Origin: Candidatus Hodarchaeum mangrovi
Lineage (GTDB): Archaea; Asgardarchaeota; Heimdallarchaeia; Hodarchaeales; Hodarchaeaceae
Direction of reading: 5' to 3'
Length of the DNA stretch: 18,662 bases
Assembly: GCA_016839515.1 (NCBI GenBank)
Contig: JAEOUE010000194.1
Coordinates: 1-18,662 of the forward strand
Part shown: positions 8,587 through 16,260 of the stretch, piece after piece
Numbering within the stretch: position 1 is the first letter of the stretch
Layout: every line of letters begins with the position of its first letter
Translations under genes and position numbers: made by a program
The notes under the pieces: model-generated
Told to the model about the DNA's origin: nothing
Databases searched by the model: none
Seen by the model: the letters and a program-made list of their open reading frames with translations, nothing else

Positions 8587-9384
8587 ATGATTACCCATGA
8601 TCTATCGTTCCTTGATAAACCTGAAATCATCCAGTATATTTTCTATCCTCGGAAACAATCCAAAGGATTACAGGATTCAGATAGCATTTTTACAATTCTT
8701 TTTGAAATCTCAAGTGAAATTAAAATAAGTGGTCGATTTTATCGCGCGTTAAATTATAAATTTGCACCTACAATCCTTCTTTTTCATGGAAACGGAGAAA
8801 TTGCAGCTGATTACGACTTTATTGGCCCAATGTATCAGAATTTAGGTATAAATTTACTTGCAGTTGATTACCGAGGATATGGGTTGAGTTCAGGAACACC
8901 TTCATTTAGTGCCATGATTGCTGATTCTCATGCTATTTATCAACAAGTTCGGAATTATTTACTTACAAATGAATATATTGGCCCTGTTTCAATTATGGGA
9001 CGATCACTGGGAAGTGCTTCTGCAATAGAAGTTGTTTTTCACTATCAGTCTCAAATACATTCATTAATTATTGAAAGTGGATTTGCTTACACCTATGCGT
9101 TATTGAAACGACTTGGTATTCCCCAAAATTTACTTCCAAAGGAATACGAAGATCATGTATCTCCATTGTCTCAAATTAAAGCAGTAAAAATACCTGTATT
9201 AGTTATTCATGGAGAAAATGATCATATTATACCTTTAAAAGATGGACAAGCATTATTTCGAGCGATATCCTCTGATGATAAAAAATTTTTGTTAATTCAA
9301 AACGCAGGACATAACGATTTGCTTTTAGTAGGACCAATAGAGTACATGAAAGCTATTAAAGCTCGAGTAATGGATCGAGACTAA
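8587..9384 (+). CDS. alpha/beta hydrolase, ABHD13/ABHD17/Bem46-like
   Basis: LLFHGNGE, DYRGYGLSSGTPS, GRSLG nucleophile, HGENDHIIP, AGHND. Starts 12 bp after the PAP2 gene. Confidence 0.9.
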   Translation: MITHDLSFLDKPEIIQYIFYPRKQSKGLQDSDSIFTILFEISSEIKISGRFYRALNYKFAPTILLFHGNGEIAADYDFIGPMYQNLGINLLAVDYRGYGLSSGTPSFSAMIADSHAIYQQVRNYLLTNEYIGPVSIMGRSLGSASAIEVVFHYQSQIHSLIIESGFAYTYALLKRLGIPQNLLPKEYEDHVSPLSQIKAVKIPVLVIHGENDHIIPLKDGQALFRAISSDDKKFLLIQNAGHNDLLLVGPIEYMKAIKARVMDRD

Positions 9385-9408
9385 GTATTGGCATCAATAT
9401 TAGGAAAT

Positions 9409-9423
9409 AAAAAAAAAAGAAAA
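9409..9423 (-). terminator. poly-U terminator candidate for dodecin
   Basis: A10-G-A4 on the plus strand gives a U-tract on the minus strand, 10 nt after the dodecin stop. Confidence 0.5.
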
Positions 9424-9432
9424 TTAAAAGAT

Positions 9433-9642
9433 TTATTCTCCTTCGTATTTGAAGGATAGGCGAAATCTAACACGATATGCCACTATTTTGCCATCTTCCA
9501 TTTTACAGTCGAGTTCATCAACAGTTGCAATTCTTAGATTTCTTAATGTTTTGCCAGCATCCGCTATTGCAGATTTCATCGCATCTTCCCAGCTCGTAGG
9601 AGAGCTGCCAACAAGAGTTATTATTTTGTATGTACTTTCCAT
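9433..9642 (-). CDS. dodecin-family protein (69 aa, calcium-dodecin/Rv0379-like subtype)
   Basis: YKIITLVGSSPTSWEDA...KTLRNLRIATV.ELD...GKIVAYRV...LSFKYE is the dodecin pattern. The start is ATG 9642 with SD GGAGAAG (9650-9656), not 9750 as in the ORF track. Confidence 0.92.
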   Translation of the reverse strand: MESTYKIITLVGSSPTSWEDAMKSAIADAGKTLRNLRIATVDELDCKMEDGKIVAYRVRFRLSFKYEGE

Positions 9643-9676
9643 TTTTATTCTTCTCCAGTTTAATAAAACCATTTTC

Positions 9677-9811
9677 ATAGAAGTCGGTGCTACAAACGCT
9701 AAGGCGACGGTAGTTTTCAAAACCTTCTGTATTATTCTTTTAGAGTTCATATATGGAAGTGGGATGTCCGTAGGCTTAGCAAAGCGACACTAACTTCCTA
9801 GGCCATAGGAA
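9677..9811. repeat. two degenerate ~50-bp hairpin units in inverted orientation, plus an overlapping third hairpin
   Basis: Unit 1 (+, 9677-9730) and unit 2 (-, 9755-9798) share GAAGTyrGTG-n7/8-GCTAAGnCnACGG, and each is closed by a GAAG/CTTC stem. TTCCTA-ggcca-TAGGAA lies at 9795-9811. Confidence 0.6.
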
Positions 9812-9853
9812 CTACATTCGCCTATAAAAAATCTCTGCAAGAGAAATTATACC

Positions 9854-10654
9854 TCAATTCCGCTTCTTCATATAAATCTTATAAGTAAAAAAGAAAAAAA
9901 TTGGAAATATGATTCCGAAAAATACAGCAAAGAAGTAAGGATTGAATTCATTCTTGTTAACATATTTATTTATATCGATTGTCATATTAAGTAATGATAA
10001 TGAATAATATGACCATTCTAATAAGTTATCATTCTCATCATATGAATTATAGGCAAGACTGTAGAACAACATAATTCCACTTTGTTTGTCATAATGAAAC
10101 TCGAAAATATTTGTATAGTATGCTTCATTGAGTAAAAAACTTGATACATTTCTTACTTTGCTATATTGAGCTATCCATATATCTCTCGTTTGATTCATCC
10201 AAAGGAATTGCGATGAATTAACTATCTGAAAGGTTTCGCTCATAATATTAACATTTGTATTTAATGCAATTCTTTTTTCACATGAACTGATCCACAGAAA
10301 AGAGAAAATTGATCCTATAGTCGCCATTCGTGTTTTGATGTCATATACCCAAAATGAATAAACGTTTATAATAGGATTAAAAGGAGTAGCATTTATTAAA
10401 CCAATAATTTCCTCAAATTTTGTTTCGAAGATTGAAATATGGGATGAATTTTTATCGATTACAATAAAAGATTGTGTTCCAGTGTTTTTTCCAAAATCAA
10501 TTGAATTATTCTTTCCCTCCCATTTTCCGTCTATTGAATATGAAAGTTTATCCCCTACTTCGAAAGGACAACAAACACTGTTTCTTATTGTAGGATTAAT
10601 TGGAATAATTGTCCCTAGCAAGATTATGGTTATTATTTCATTTAATAACTGCAT
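9854..10654 (-). CDS. putative exported protein with C-terminal membrane anchor
   Basis: Hydrophobic N-terminus, beta-rich aromatic middle (FHYDKQSGIML), C-terminal TM helix followed by a basic tail (KIYMKKRN), several NxS/T sequons. Confidence 0.75.
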   Translation of the reverse strand: MQLLNEIITIILLGTIIPINPTIRNSVCCPFEVGDKLSYSIDGKWEGKNNSIDFGKNTGTQSFIVIDKNSSHISIFETKFEEIIGLINATPFNPIINVYSFWVYDIKTRMATIGSIFSFLWISSCEKRIALNTNVNIMSETFQIVNSSQFLWMNQTRDIWIAQYSKVRNVSSFLLNEAYYTNIFEFHYDKQSGIMLFYSLAYNSYDENDNLLEWSYYSLSLLNMTIDINKYVNKNEFNPYFFAVFFGIIFPIFFFFTYKIYMKKRN

Positions 10655-10725
10655 ACAGATAAACCATTTAGATTTCGAATTTATAATCTATAAATTTCTA
10701 TATAAGTTTAAGATAATAAAGTTAA

Positions 10726-12132
10726 ATGAAGAATTCAAATATCACTCTTGTGAAAACTTTTCAAATTTTTAGTAGAATCATTTTATTACAAGTTTTAATT
10801 TCATTAGCAATCGTATGCAGCTATTCAAACTTCGTTCATGCATCTATTGAATCAGAGTTTAATTTAAAATGGCAAACAGATTCCAATAAAGGTTTTATGA
10901 TATCTTGGATGAATTTAATAGGTGCAGAAAACTGGGAAGAGGGAGCTGATCTTCTTTGGGTAGAGGAAAAGATCTATGTAGTTGGCACAATTTATGGTCA
11001 AACGACTCAGATAGGCTTATTTGAAGTAAATGCTTCGAGTGGAGGTCTAATAGCTGGAAATACTTTTGAAACGATGAACGGAGAAGAATATACATGGGTT
11101 AATAGTATTCAAAAGGATGAAAAGGATATCCTTTATCTTGGAGGAACAATTCAAATTAGTGGAAAGACTTCATCGGATTACAACTTATTACTAGTTACTT
11201 ACGACATTCAAAATAGAAAATGGATTGACTTTTGGAATTGGGGTACAAAAGAACCCGAATATGGCAGTGAAATGATACTTGGAAATGATAGAATGATCTA
11301 TTTTTTAGGAACACAACAAAATTATACTGACACAAGTGATATTGTGATTATTAAACTTGATCCTCAGAAATTAGAAAGTAAAAATGAGACCATTTGGGTT
11401 AATTTTTATGGAGGAGTGGGAAATCAAGAGGGAAATAGTCTACTCTATGGTACTGATGGATATTTATACGTTTTAGGAACACAATTTGCAGATAACAATG
11501 ATAATTATTGGATTCTATATAAAATAGATCCCTATACAGGACAAATTGTTTGGAATATATCAGGAGGCACATATACATCCACAAAAGGAGTAAAAATAAT
11601 ACAAGATTCTGCTGATGCTATCTTCTTAGTTGGTAGTATTCAGAGTAAAATTTTAGAAGATGAAGATACATTTGTTTTGAAGATAAATAAAATTACTAAA
11701 AAGGTTGAATGGTTTACTACTTGGGGAACAGATAAATTAGATATTGGAAATGATATTTTAATTTTTGATGAAAATTCCCTCGTTGTATTAGCAAACATAA
11801 ATATTACATCTATAAATGGCGGGGAAATCGCTTTAATAATGTTAGATATAATAACAGGAGAAATTGAATCAAATTTTATCTACGGAGGATCACAAGATGA
11901 GCTAGGAAATCGGATATTAATAAATTCTAATAAAAAGGATGAACTGGTTCTGCTAGGAACCATAGATACATCGTCGAAAACAAAATATGACTTAGATATA
12001 TTTATTGTTAAAATGATTTATTCAAATAATATAACTCATTATTTTGACTCAAAATCTGGGACTTTTTTCGGATTAACACTCTTAATAATAATTTGTGGTC
12101 TGCTAATAATAACACATAAAAGAATTTCCTAG
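10726..12132 (+). CDS. surface-anchored seven-bladed beta-propeller protein
   Basis: Signal-peptide-like N-terminus (ending VHA), seven repeats of (W/Y)G(G/T)...(E/D).G..(I/L)...(I/L)Y(V/L)(V/L)G, C-terminal TM helix with short basic tail. Confidence 0.8.
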   Translation: MKNSNITLVKTFQIFSRIILLQVLISLAIVCSYSNFVHASIESEFNLKWQTDSNKGFMISWMNLIGAENWEEGADLLWVEEKIYVVGTIYGQTTQIGLFEVNASSGGLIAGNTFETMNGEEYTWVNSIQKDEKDILYLGGTIQISGKTSSDYNLLLVTYDIQNRKWIDFWNWGTKEPEYGSEMILGNDRMIYFLGTQQNYTDTSDIVIIKLDPQKLESKNETIWVNFYGGVGNQEGNSLLYGTDGYLYVLGTQFADNNDNYWILYKIDPYTGQIVWNISGGTYTSTKGVKIIQDSADAIFLVGSIQSKILEDEDTFVLKINKITKKVEWFTTWGTDKLDIGNDILIFDENSLVVLANINITSINGGEIALIMLDIITGEIESNFIYGGSQDELGNRILINSNKKDELVLLGTIDTSSKTKYDLDIFIVKMIYSNNITHYFDSKSGTFFGLTLLIIICGLLIITHKRIS

Positions 12133-12153
12133 TTATGGTTAGGGAATTGAAAG

Positions 12154-12903
12154 TTAATTTACTGCTAATAATTTATTCAAAGCCCTTTGAAGTGCTTGAT
12201 TAAATTCATGTTTCAAAGGAAATATCTTTGAATTATGAGCCATTTCATATGCAATATTACATGAACAAGAAATCTGACCAACAAATTTAATCCCTTCTCT
12301 CTCTAATTCTCCAACCCAATTATCTAGATTTTCTTTCATTTCCACTTCTGGAACTTGATTGAATAAGGCATAAACATTCCAGCTACTTATAGGCTTTGCT
12401 CTTTTATAAAGAATCTCAAGCATTATTTTTGTACCATTTACTTCATAAGAATTCGGACGAAGTAATAGAATCGCTTTATTTGACAAAGCAATAAGATTAA
12501 CAACAATTAAATGCCATCCTGGGGGTGTATCGAAGATAATAAAATTATAATCTTTTTCAAGGCTTTTGAAGTCTTCTATCATATTTTTAAGAATAGAAAG
12601 AAACCATTCTTGATCTGAACTCATAACTTTTTCATTTGGATCAAATTTCTTATTTGTTAATACAATGTCTAAGTTTGGTTTGACTTCATGTTCAATTACA
12701 TCACCAAAGTTCGCTTTTCCATTCAGATAATCATTGAAATAGGCATTAGGTTCCCGTTTAAAAATATCAAAAAAAGAAGGCATCATAAAATCATTTTCAA
12801 TAAGCAAAACTTTATTTTCATTTGATAATATATTCGCAATATTTACAGCTACTGTTGTTTTACCTGTTCCTCCCTTAAAACTATGAACAAGTATTTTCTC
12901 CAT
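12154..12903 (-). CDS. ParA/MinD-family (SIMIBI) ATPase
   Basis: Deviant Walker A HSFKGGTGKTT, A' KVLLIEND, Walker B IIFDTPPG, LFNQV. Strong SD GAGGAGGTG at 12914-12922. Confidence 0.93.
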   Translation of the reverse strand: MEKILVHSFKGGTGKTTVAVNIANILSNENKVLLIENDFMMPSFFDIFKREPNAYFNDYLNGKANFGDVIEHEVKPNLDIVLTNKKFDPNEKVMSSDQEWFLSILKNMIEDFKSLEKDYNFIIFDTPPGWHLIVVNLIALSNKAILLLRPNSYEVNGTKIMLEILYKRAKPISSWNVYALFNQVPEVEMKENLDNWVGELEREGIKFVGQISCSCNIAYEMAHNSKIFPLKHEFNQALQRALNKLLAVN

Positions 12904-12926
12904 TGTTCAAACACACCTCCTCATAT

Positions 12927-13469
12927 TTAGTGAGCATAATAATAAATTTTGCCTTGTGCCTCTCTGAAATCAAGTAGTGCTTCTCTCATAAATTTCTCAA
13001 GATGTTCTCGGATAATTAATGGATCTTTCTTGAGGTAGGTAACCAAATCCTCTATTGTTACCCCTGGTATCTTTTGTAACTGTAATTCGAGTAGTGCAAC
13101 AGCTGTATCGTTTTCTTCTTGTGAGAGTGTTTCACGCATACTCCAATTCTTCAAACTCCATTCTTTCTTTAATGTTGATAAAAATTCACTTATTGCTCTC
13201 TTAATAAAATCATCAACACTAGCAATAGCGTATCTTATTTTAATATGACGACTAGAAATTATTGTATGGATTTCATTAAATAAATCCTTGTCGATTTCTA
13301 AGGTTGTCCCATGATAGACCTTATTAACACAAAAACGAAGAACTTCGGCTTTATTCTTTAACTTAAATTCTTTCTGGACGCTTTTAAACTTTCTAGCATC
13401 TTCTTCATCGAGGTCAACCCGAATTGGAAATTTCTTATGTTTTTCACTATCATTAGACACTGATTCCAC
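12927..13469 (-). CDS. putative DNA-binding protein: two ribbon-helix-helix-like units plus C-terminal winged helix
   Basis: IRVDLDEEDARKFKSVQKEFKLKNKAEVLRFCV (RHH/CopG pattern); TLEIDKDLFNEI...SVDDFIKRAISEFL (second RHH-like unit); LSQEE...GVTIEDLVTYLKKDPLIIREHLEKFMREALL...GKIYYYA (wHTH pattern). Ends 23 bp before the ATPase start. Confidence 0.75.
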   Translation of the reverse strand: MESVSNDSEKHKKFPIRVDLDEEDARKFKSVQKEFKLKNKAEVLRFCVNKVYHGTTLEIDKDLFNEIHTIISSRHIKIRYAIASVDDFIKRAISEFLSTLKKEWSLKNWSMRETLSQEENDTAVALLELQLQKIPGVTIEDLVTYLKKDPLIIREHLEKFMREALLDFREAQGKIYYYAH

Positions 13470-13495
13470 CAGGATTTTATGATGTGAATAGATAT

Positions 13496-13503
13496 TCTTA
13501 TAA
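13496..13503 (-). promoter_or_regulatory. putative TATA box for the RHH-ParA operon
   Basis: Minus-strand TTATAAGA ends about 27 nt upstream of GTG 13469, consistent with a leaderless transcript. Confidence 0.4.
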
Positions 13504-13607
13504 CTTGCGAAAAATAATATTTGTTATTATGATATAATATTCATCATGTTTTTTGATACTTAGTATTCTCTTGGTAAACTATTATATACCTAATCCATAA
13601 GATTTCA

Positions 13608-13645
13608 ACTCTTAGCAGTATCTAAGAGTATTTTTTCTTTTCTTT
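13608..13645 (+). other. perfect 8-bp inverted repeat followed by T-tract (terminator-like or operator)
   Basis: ACTCTTAG-cagtat-CTAAGAGT (13608-13629), then ATTTTTTCTTTTCTTT. Confidence 0.5.
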
Positions 13646-13790
13646 AATTACTAGATTGCTAAATTATGTTATAGATTTGACTTTAGAAACTAAGAATTTA
13701 TGGGGGAAGAAATCCTAGTAATAAAGATAGAACAAACTATTAGAGCAGAAAGTTCAACCATAGCTCTAGCATAACAAATAACAAATAGTA

Positions 13791-14174
13791 TCATGCGTTA
13801 AAATTGAAGATGTCTCTGGCAATCTTCCACGAGCCATCATCCTGTTTTTCAAAAATTGTTAAGAATTTTCCTTCTAGTTTCGTTATTTCCCCTTCTTTGG
13901 GAGCTGTCTCAAGCCAGTAATTTCCTCGTGAAAAACCCCAATCACCAGCTTCCCTAACTTCCTCACTATTGATTACCATGTCTGAAGGTGAAATCTCCTT
14001 CATACTTTTGAAAAAAGCAGAAATTTTCTCTTTTCCAATGTTAAGAGGAGCATTTGGTGGCATCTGTATCCCATCATCAATCCATAATTTAATCCAACGA
14101 TCTAAATCTCCTTTCTTGACTGAAGAAGCATATTCTTTCCATATTTTTTCAATTTCATCTTTTAAACTGGTCAT
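13791..14174 (-). CDS. SnoaL/NTF2-like (DUF4440-type) protein
   Basis: SVKKGDLDRWIKLWIDDGIQMPPNAP..IGKE.I and GKFLTIFEKQDDGSWKIARDIFN are characteristic of the family. Confidence 0.9.
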   Translation of the reverse strand: MTSLKDEIEKIWKEYASSVKKGDLDRWIKLWIDDGIQMPPNAPLNIGKEKISAFFKSMKEISPSDMVINSEEVREAGDWGFSRGNYWLETAPKEGEITKLEGKFLTIFEKQDDGSWKIARDIFNFNA

Positions 14175-14289
14175 AAAATCTCACATCCTCAAAGGATAAT
14201 TATCCTAATCTTAATGATTTATCATCTATCCTTAAATATTTTTCGTGATAATGATTTGATGATAAGAATAGTACCTCATCTCAGATGAT

Positions 14290-15822
14290 TTAATGTATCA
14301 TTTTTTGGACTTCTTTAAGATATTCCTCTATTTGAACTTGTTTAATTCTATCTTTTACTGAAATCCCAGCAGCATCCCATTTCATAAATTCTCTATGGAT
14401 CCATTTAATTTCAGAACCTATCTTTTTTTCCATGCGATAAAAGTTATTAATTTCTGCTACCTTTTTGGCCTTTTCAAGAATAATTAAAGCTTCTTTAATC
14501 TCCCCTTCAACAAGAAATAATTTGGCTTTTAATAAGGAAAGCTCAACTAGTTCAGGGGAGAATATTTGGTCATTCAATTTTTGGATATGGTTATCAATTA
14601 AATTTCGAACTTCCAACATTATCTGATTGTCTTCTGATAGTTTAAATTCTTCTAGATAAAGTTCCGCAAGATGGATTATTACAAGATAGGAAAAGCTTTT
14701 GTCTGAGGTAAGCCAAACATAAGAACCATGTTTTTGGATTTGTCCATCTTCATTTAATAGTTCAAGAAGTATCTTCTGAGCTTGAGCCTTATCACTAAAC
14801 CGTGAACTAGATTTCAGAAATATAGCTTCAGTAATAAGATTATGTACTTTTACTCGATCACTTGTTGAGTCCTTACAAACTTCTTTCAATTCATCAAGAC
14901 ACTCTTGCGCCTTAGAACGGTTCTCAGAATCGATATATAATAGAATCAGAGGAATAACACAATAAGAGAGTATCATTGGATTTCCTACTTTAATAGATGA
15001 ACCAAAAGACTTTTCTAGCATAATCTCTGATTTTTTTAATTTTCCTTCTTGATAGAACATCAAACCTATAAGGGAATTAACTAAATTTAGACCTTGGAAA
15101 TCATTAATTAATTTAAATAACTCTAATGCTTGAGAAAAGTTCTTTTTAGCCTTTTTAAAATCTCCTCTTTGCAAAAAAAATTGGCCCTGCCATGCTTTTA
15201 CCCAAGCTATACCTTGTTTAGCATCAATTGAATTATATACTTCCATACATTCGTCTAGAAGATTAAAGAAGTTTGAAGTATCACCTTTTTCCAATTTTAA
15301 AAATGCCATATAATACAAGGATTTAGCTTTAATTAGAAGATTTAATTGGTTATATTCCAAGCTTTTTTGGAAATAATTCCATGCTAAATCATTTTTAAAT
15401 TTATAAAAATAAGCAATCCCTATGAAATAATAAAGAAAAGGTTCCCAAAATGACAGGATTTTAGGATCTACTGATACTCTTATTTCGTTTTGTTTTAATA
15501 ATGTTATTGTATTAATTCCTTCCCTAATAGCCTCGTCAAGTCTCGTCTGAGTTATAAATAAATTAATGCTTGATATTTGATTTATAAAACTCGATGAAAT
15601 TGAGACTTTGAAATCAATCTTTGAGAACTTGGATATAAGACTTTCAGCTTCACTGACGTCTCCAAGTCGAATCAATGTTCTACTGTGATAGAAAAGATAG
15701 ATAGCTTTTTCCATATCTGTTAATTTTGATAATGGGCGATTGTACGTAGACTTGGCGATTTCTTCAATAAGCAGTGAATAGTTTCCAGTTACATATAGGT
15801 TTTCTAAACCATTTTGATTCAT
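14290..15822 (-). CDS. tetratricopeptide-repeat protein
   Basis: Repeated helical units (YFIGIAYFYK...AWNYFQKSLE; GQFFLQRGDFKKAKKNFSQALE; IGLMFYQEGKLKKSEIMLEKS; AKLFLVEGEIKEALIILEKA). Confidence 0.88.
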   Translation of the reverse strand: MNQNGLENLYVTGNYSLLIEEIAKSTYNRPLSKLTDMEKAIYLFYHSRTLIRLGDVSEAESLISKFSKIDFKVSISSSFINQISSINLFITQTRLDEAIREGINTITLLKQNEIRVSVDPKILSFWEPFLYYFIGIAYFYKFKNDLAWNYFQKSLEYNQLNLLIKAKSLYYMAFLKLEKGDTSNFFNLLDECMEVYNSIDAKQGIAWVKAWQGQFFLQRGDFKKAKKNFSQALELFKLINDFQGLNLVNSLIGLMFYQEGKLKKSEIMLEKSFGSSIKVGNPMILSYCVIPLILLYIDSENRSKAQECLDELKEVCKDSTSDRVKVHNLITEAIFLKSSSRFSDKAQAQKILLELLNEDGQIQKHGSYVWLTSDKSFSYLVIIHLAELYLEEFKLSEDNQIMLEVRNLIDNHIQKLNDQIFSPELVELSLLKAKLFLVEGEIKEALIILEKAKKVAEINNFYRMEKKIGSEIKWIHREFMKWDAAGISVKDRIKQVQIEEYLKEVQKMIH

Positions 15823-16153
15823 TTATAGGTCCTTTTTCCCCAGAATTTCATATTCAGATTATATTCCTATACTTAACTAATTGTCAAAGTGATAATTTAA
15901 ATAGATTTTTCTCAATATTAGATCTAGAAATTATATTTTCTACGATTTTATTTGGGAATTAAGAGCATGTTTAACCGATTATCCGAATTATTTATCAGAA
16001 ATCAGAATTAAATTTCCACAATAGCTTCGTAAAAATTTCTCGGGGAGTTGAGGGGCATCAATAAAAGTCTCAGATAGCGGAGAATTACTTGGTATGTTAG
16101 AATGAAATGATAGAATACCTTAAATAGAGGATTTGACATATATTTTCAATCGC

Positions 16154-16196
16154 TTTAACTTCAAGTTAAAACAGGTATTTTGTTTACAATAATACC
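16154..16196. promoter_or_regulatory. perfect 17-bp palindrome and adjacent imperfect inverted repeat (operator candidates)
   Basis: TTTAACTT-C-AAGTTAAA (16154-16170) and GGTATTTTGT-tt-ACAAtAATACC (16174-16196), upstream of the DinB-family gene. Confidence 0.5.
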
Positions 16197-16260
16197 AAAT
16201 GAGATTCTTTTAATTGTGGGACAAGGAAGCATATCTGTATTAACGAAAGGAGGATATTAG

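Noticed and set aside
9643-9750. 36-aa N-terminal extension of dodecin given by the ORF track (start 9750)
   Set aside because: The dodecin pattern begins at ATG 9642, which has its own SD. The extension runs through the hairpin element.
9677-9811. CRISPR mini-array, tRNA or integron attC site
   Set aside because: Only two degenerate units in inverted orientation, no cloverleaf or T-loop, no proper RYYYAAC/GTTRRRY pair, and no cas or integrase gene in the window.
9677-9830. FMN or fluoride riboswitch upstream of dodecin
   Set aside because: No FMN-riboswitch consensus is present and the dodecin lacks flavin-binding residues. The minus-strand GGCGAATGTAGTTC only loosely resembles the crcB motif and lacks its downstream pseudoknot elements.
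7246-11584. Short ORFs 7246-7494, 7764-8003, 8136-8324, 9449-9793, 10482-10772, 10895-11095 and 11399-11584
   Set aside because: They overlap better-supported genes on the opposite strand and show no recognisable motifs.
15975-16119. Possible pseudogene remnant on the minus strand (…IDAPQLPEKFLRSYCGNLILISDK*), with slightly raised GC around 16040-16080
   Set aside because: No start codon in frame, only one Cys, and the resemblance to a zinc ribbon is too weak without a tBLASTn or BLASTX hit.
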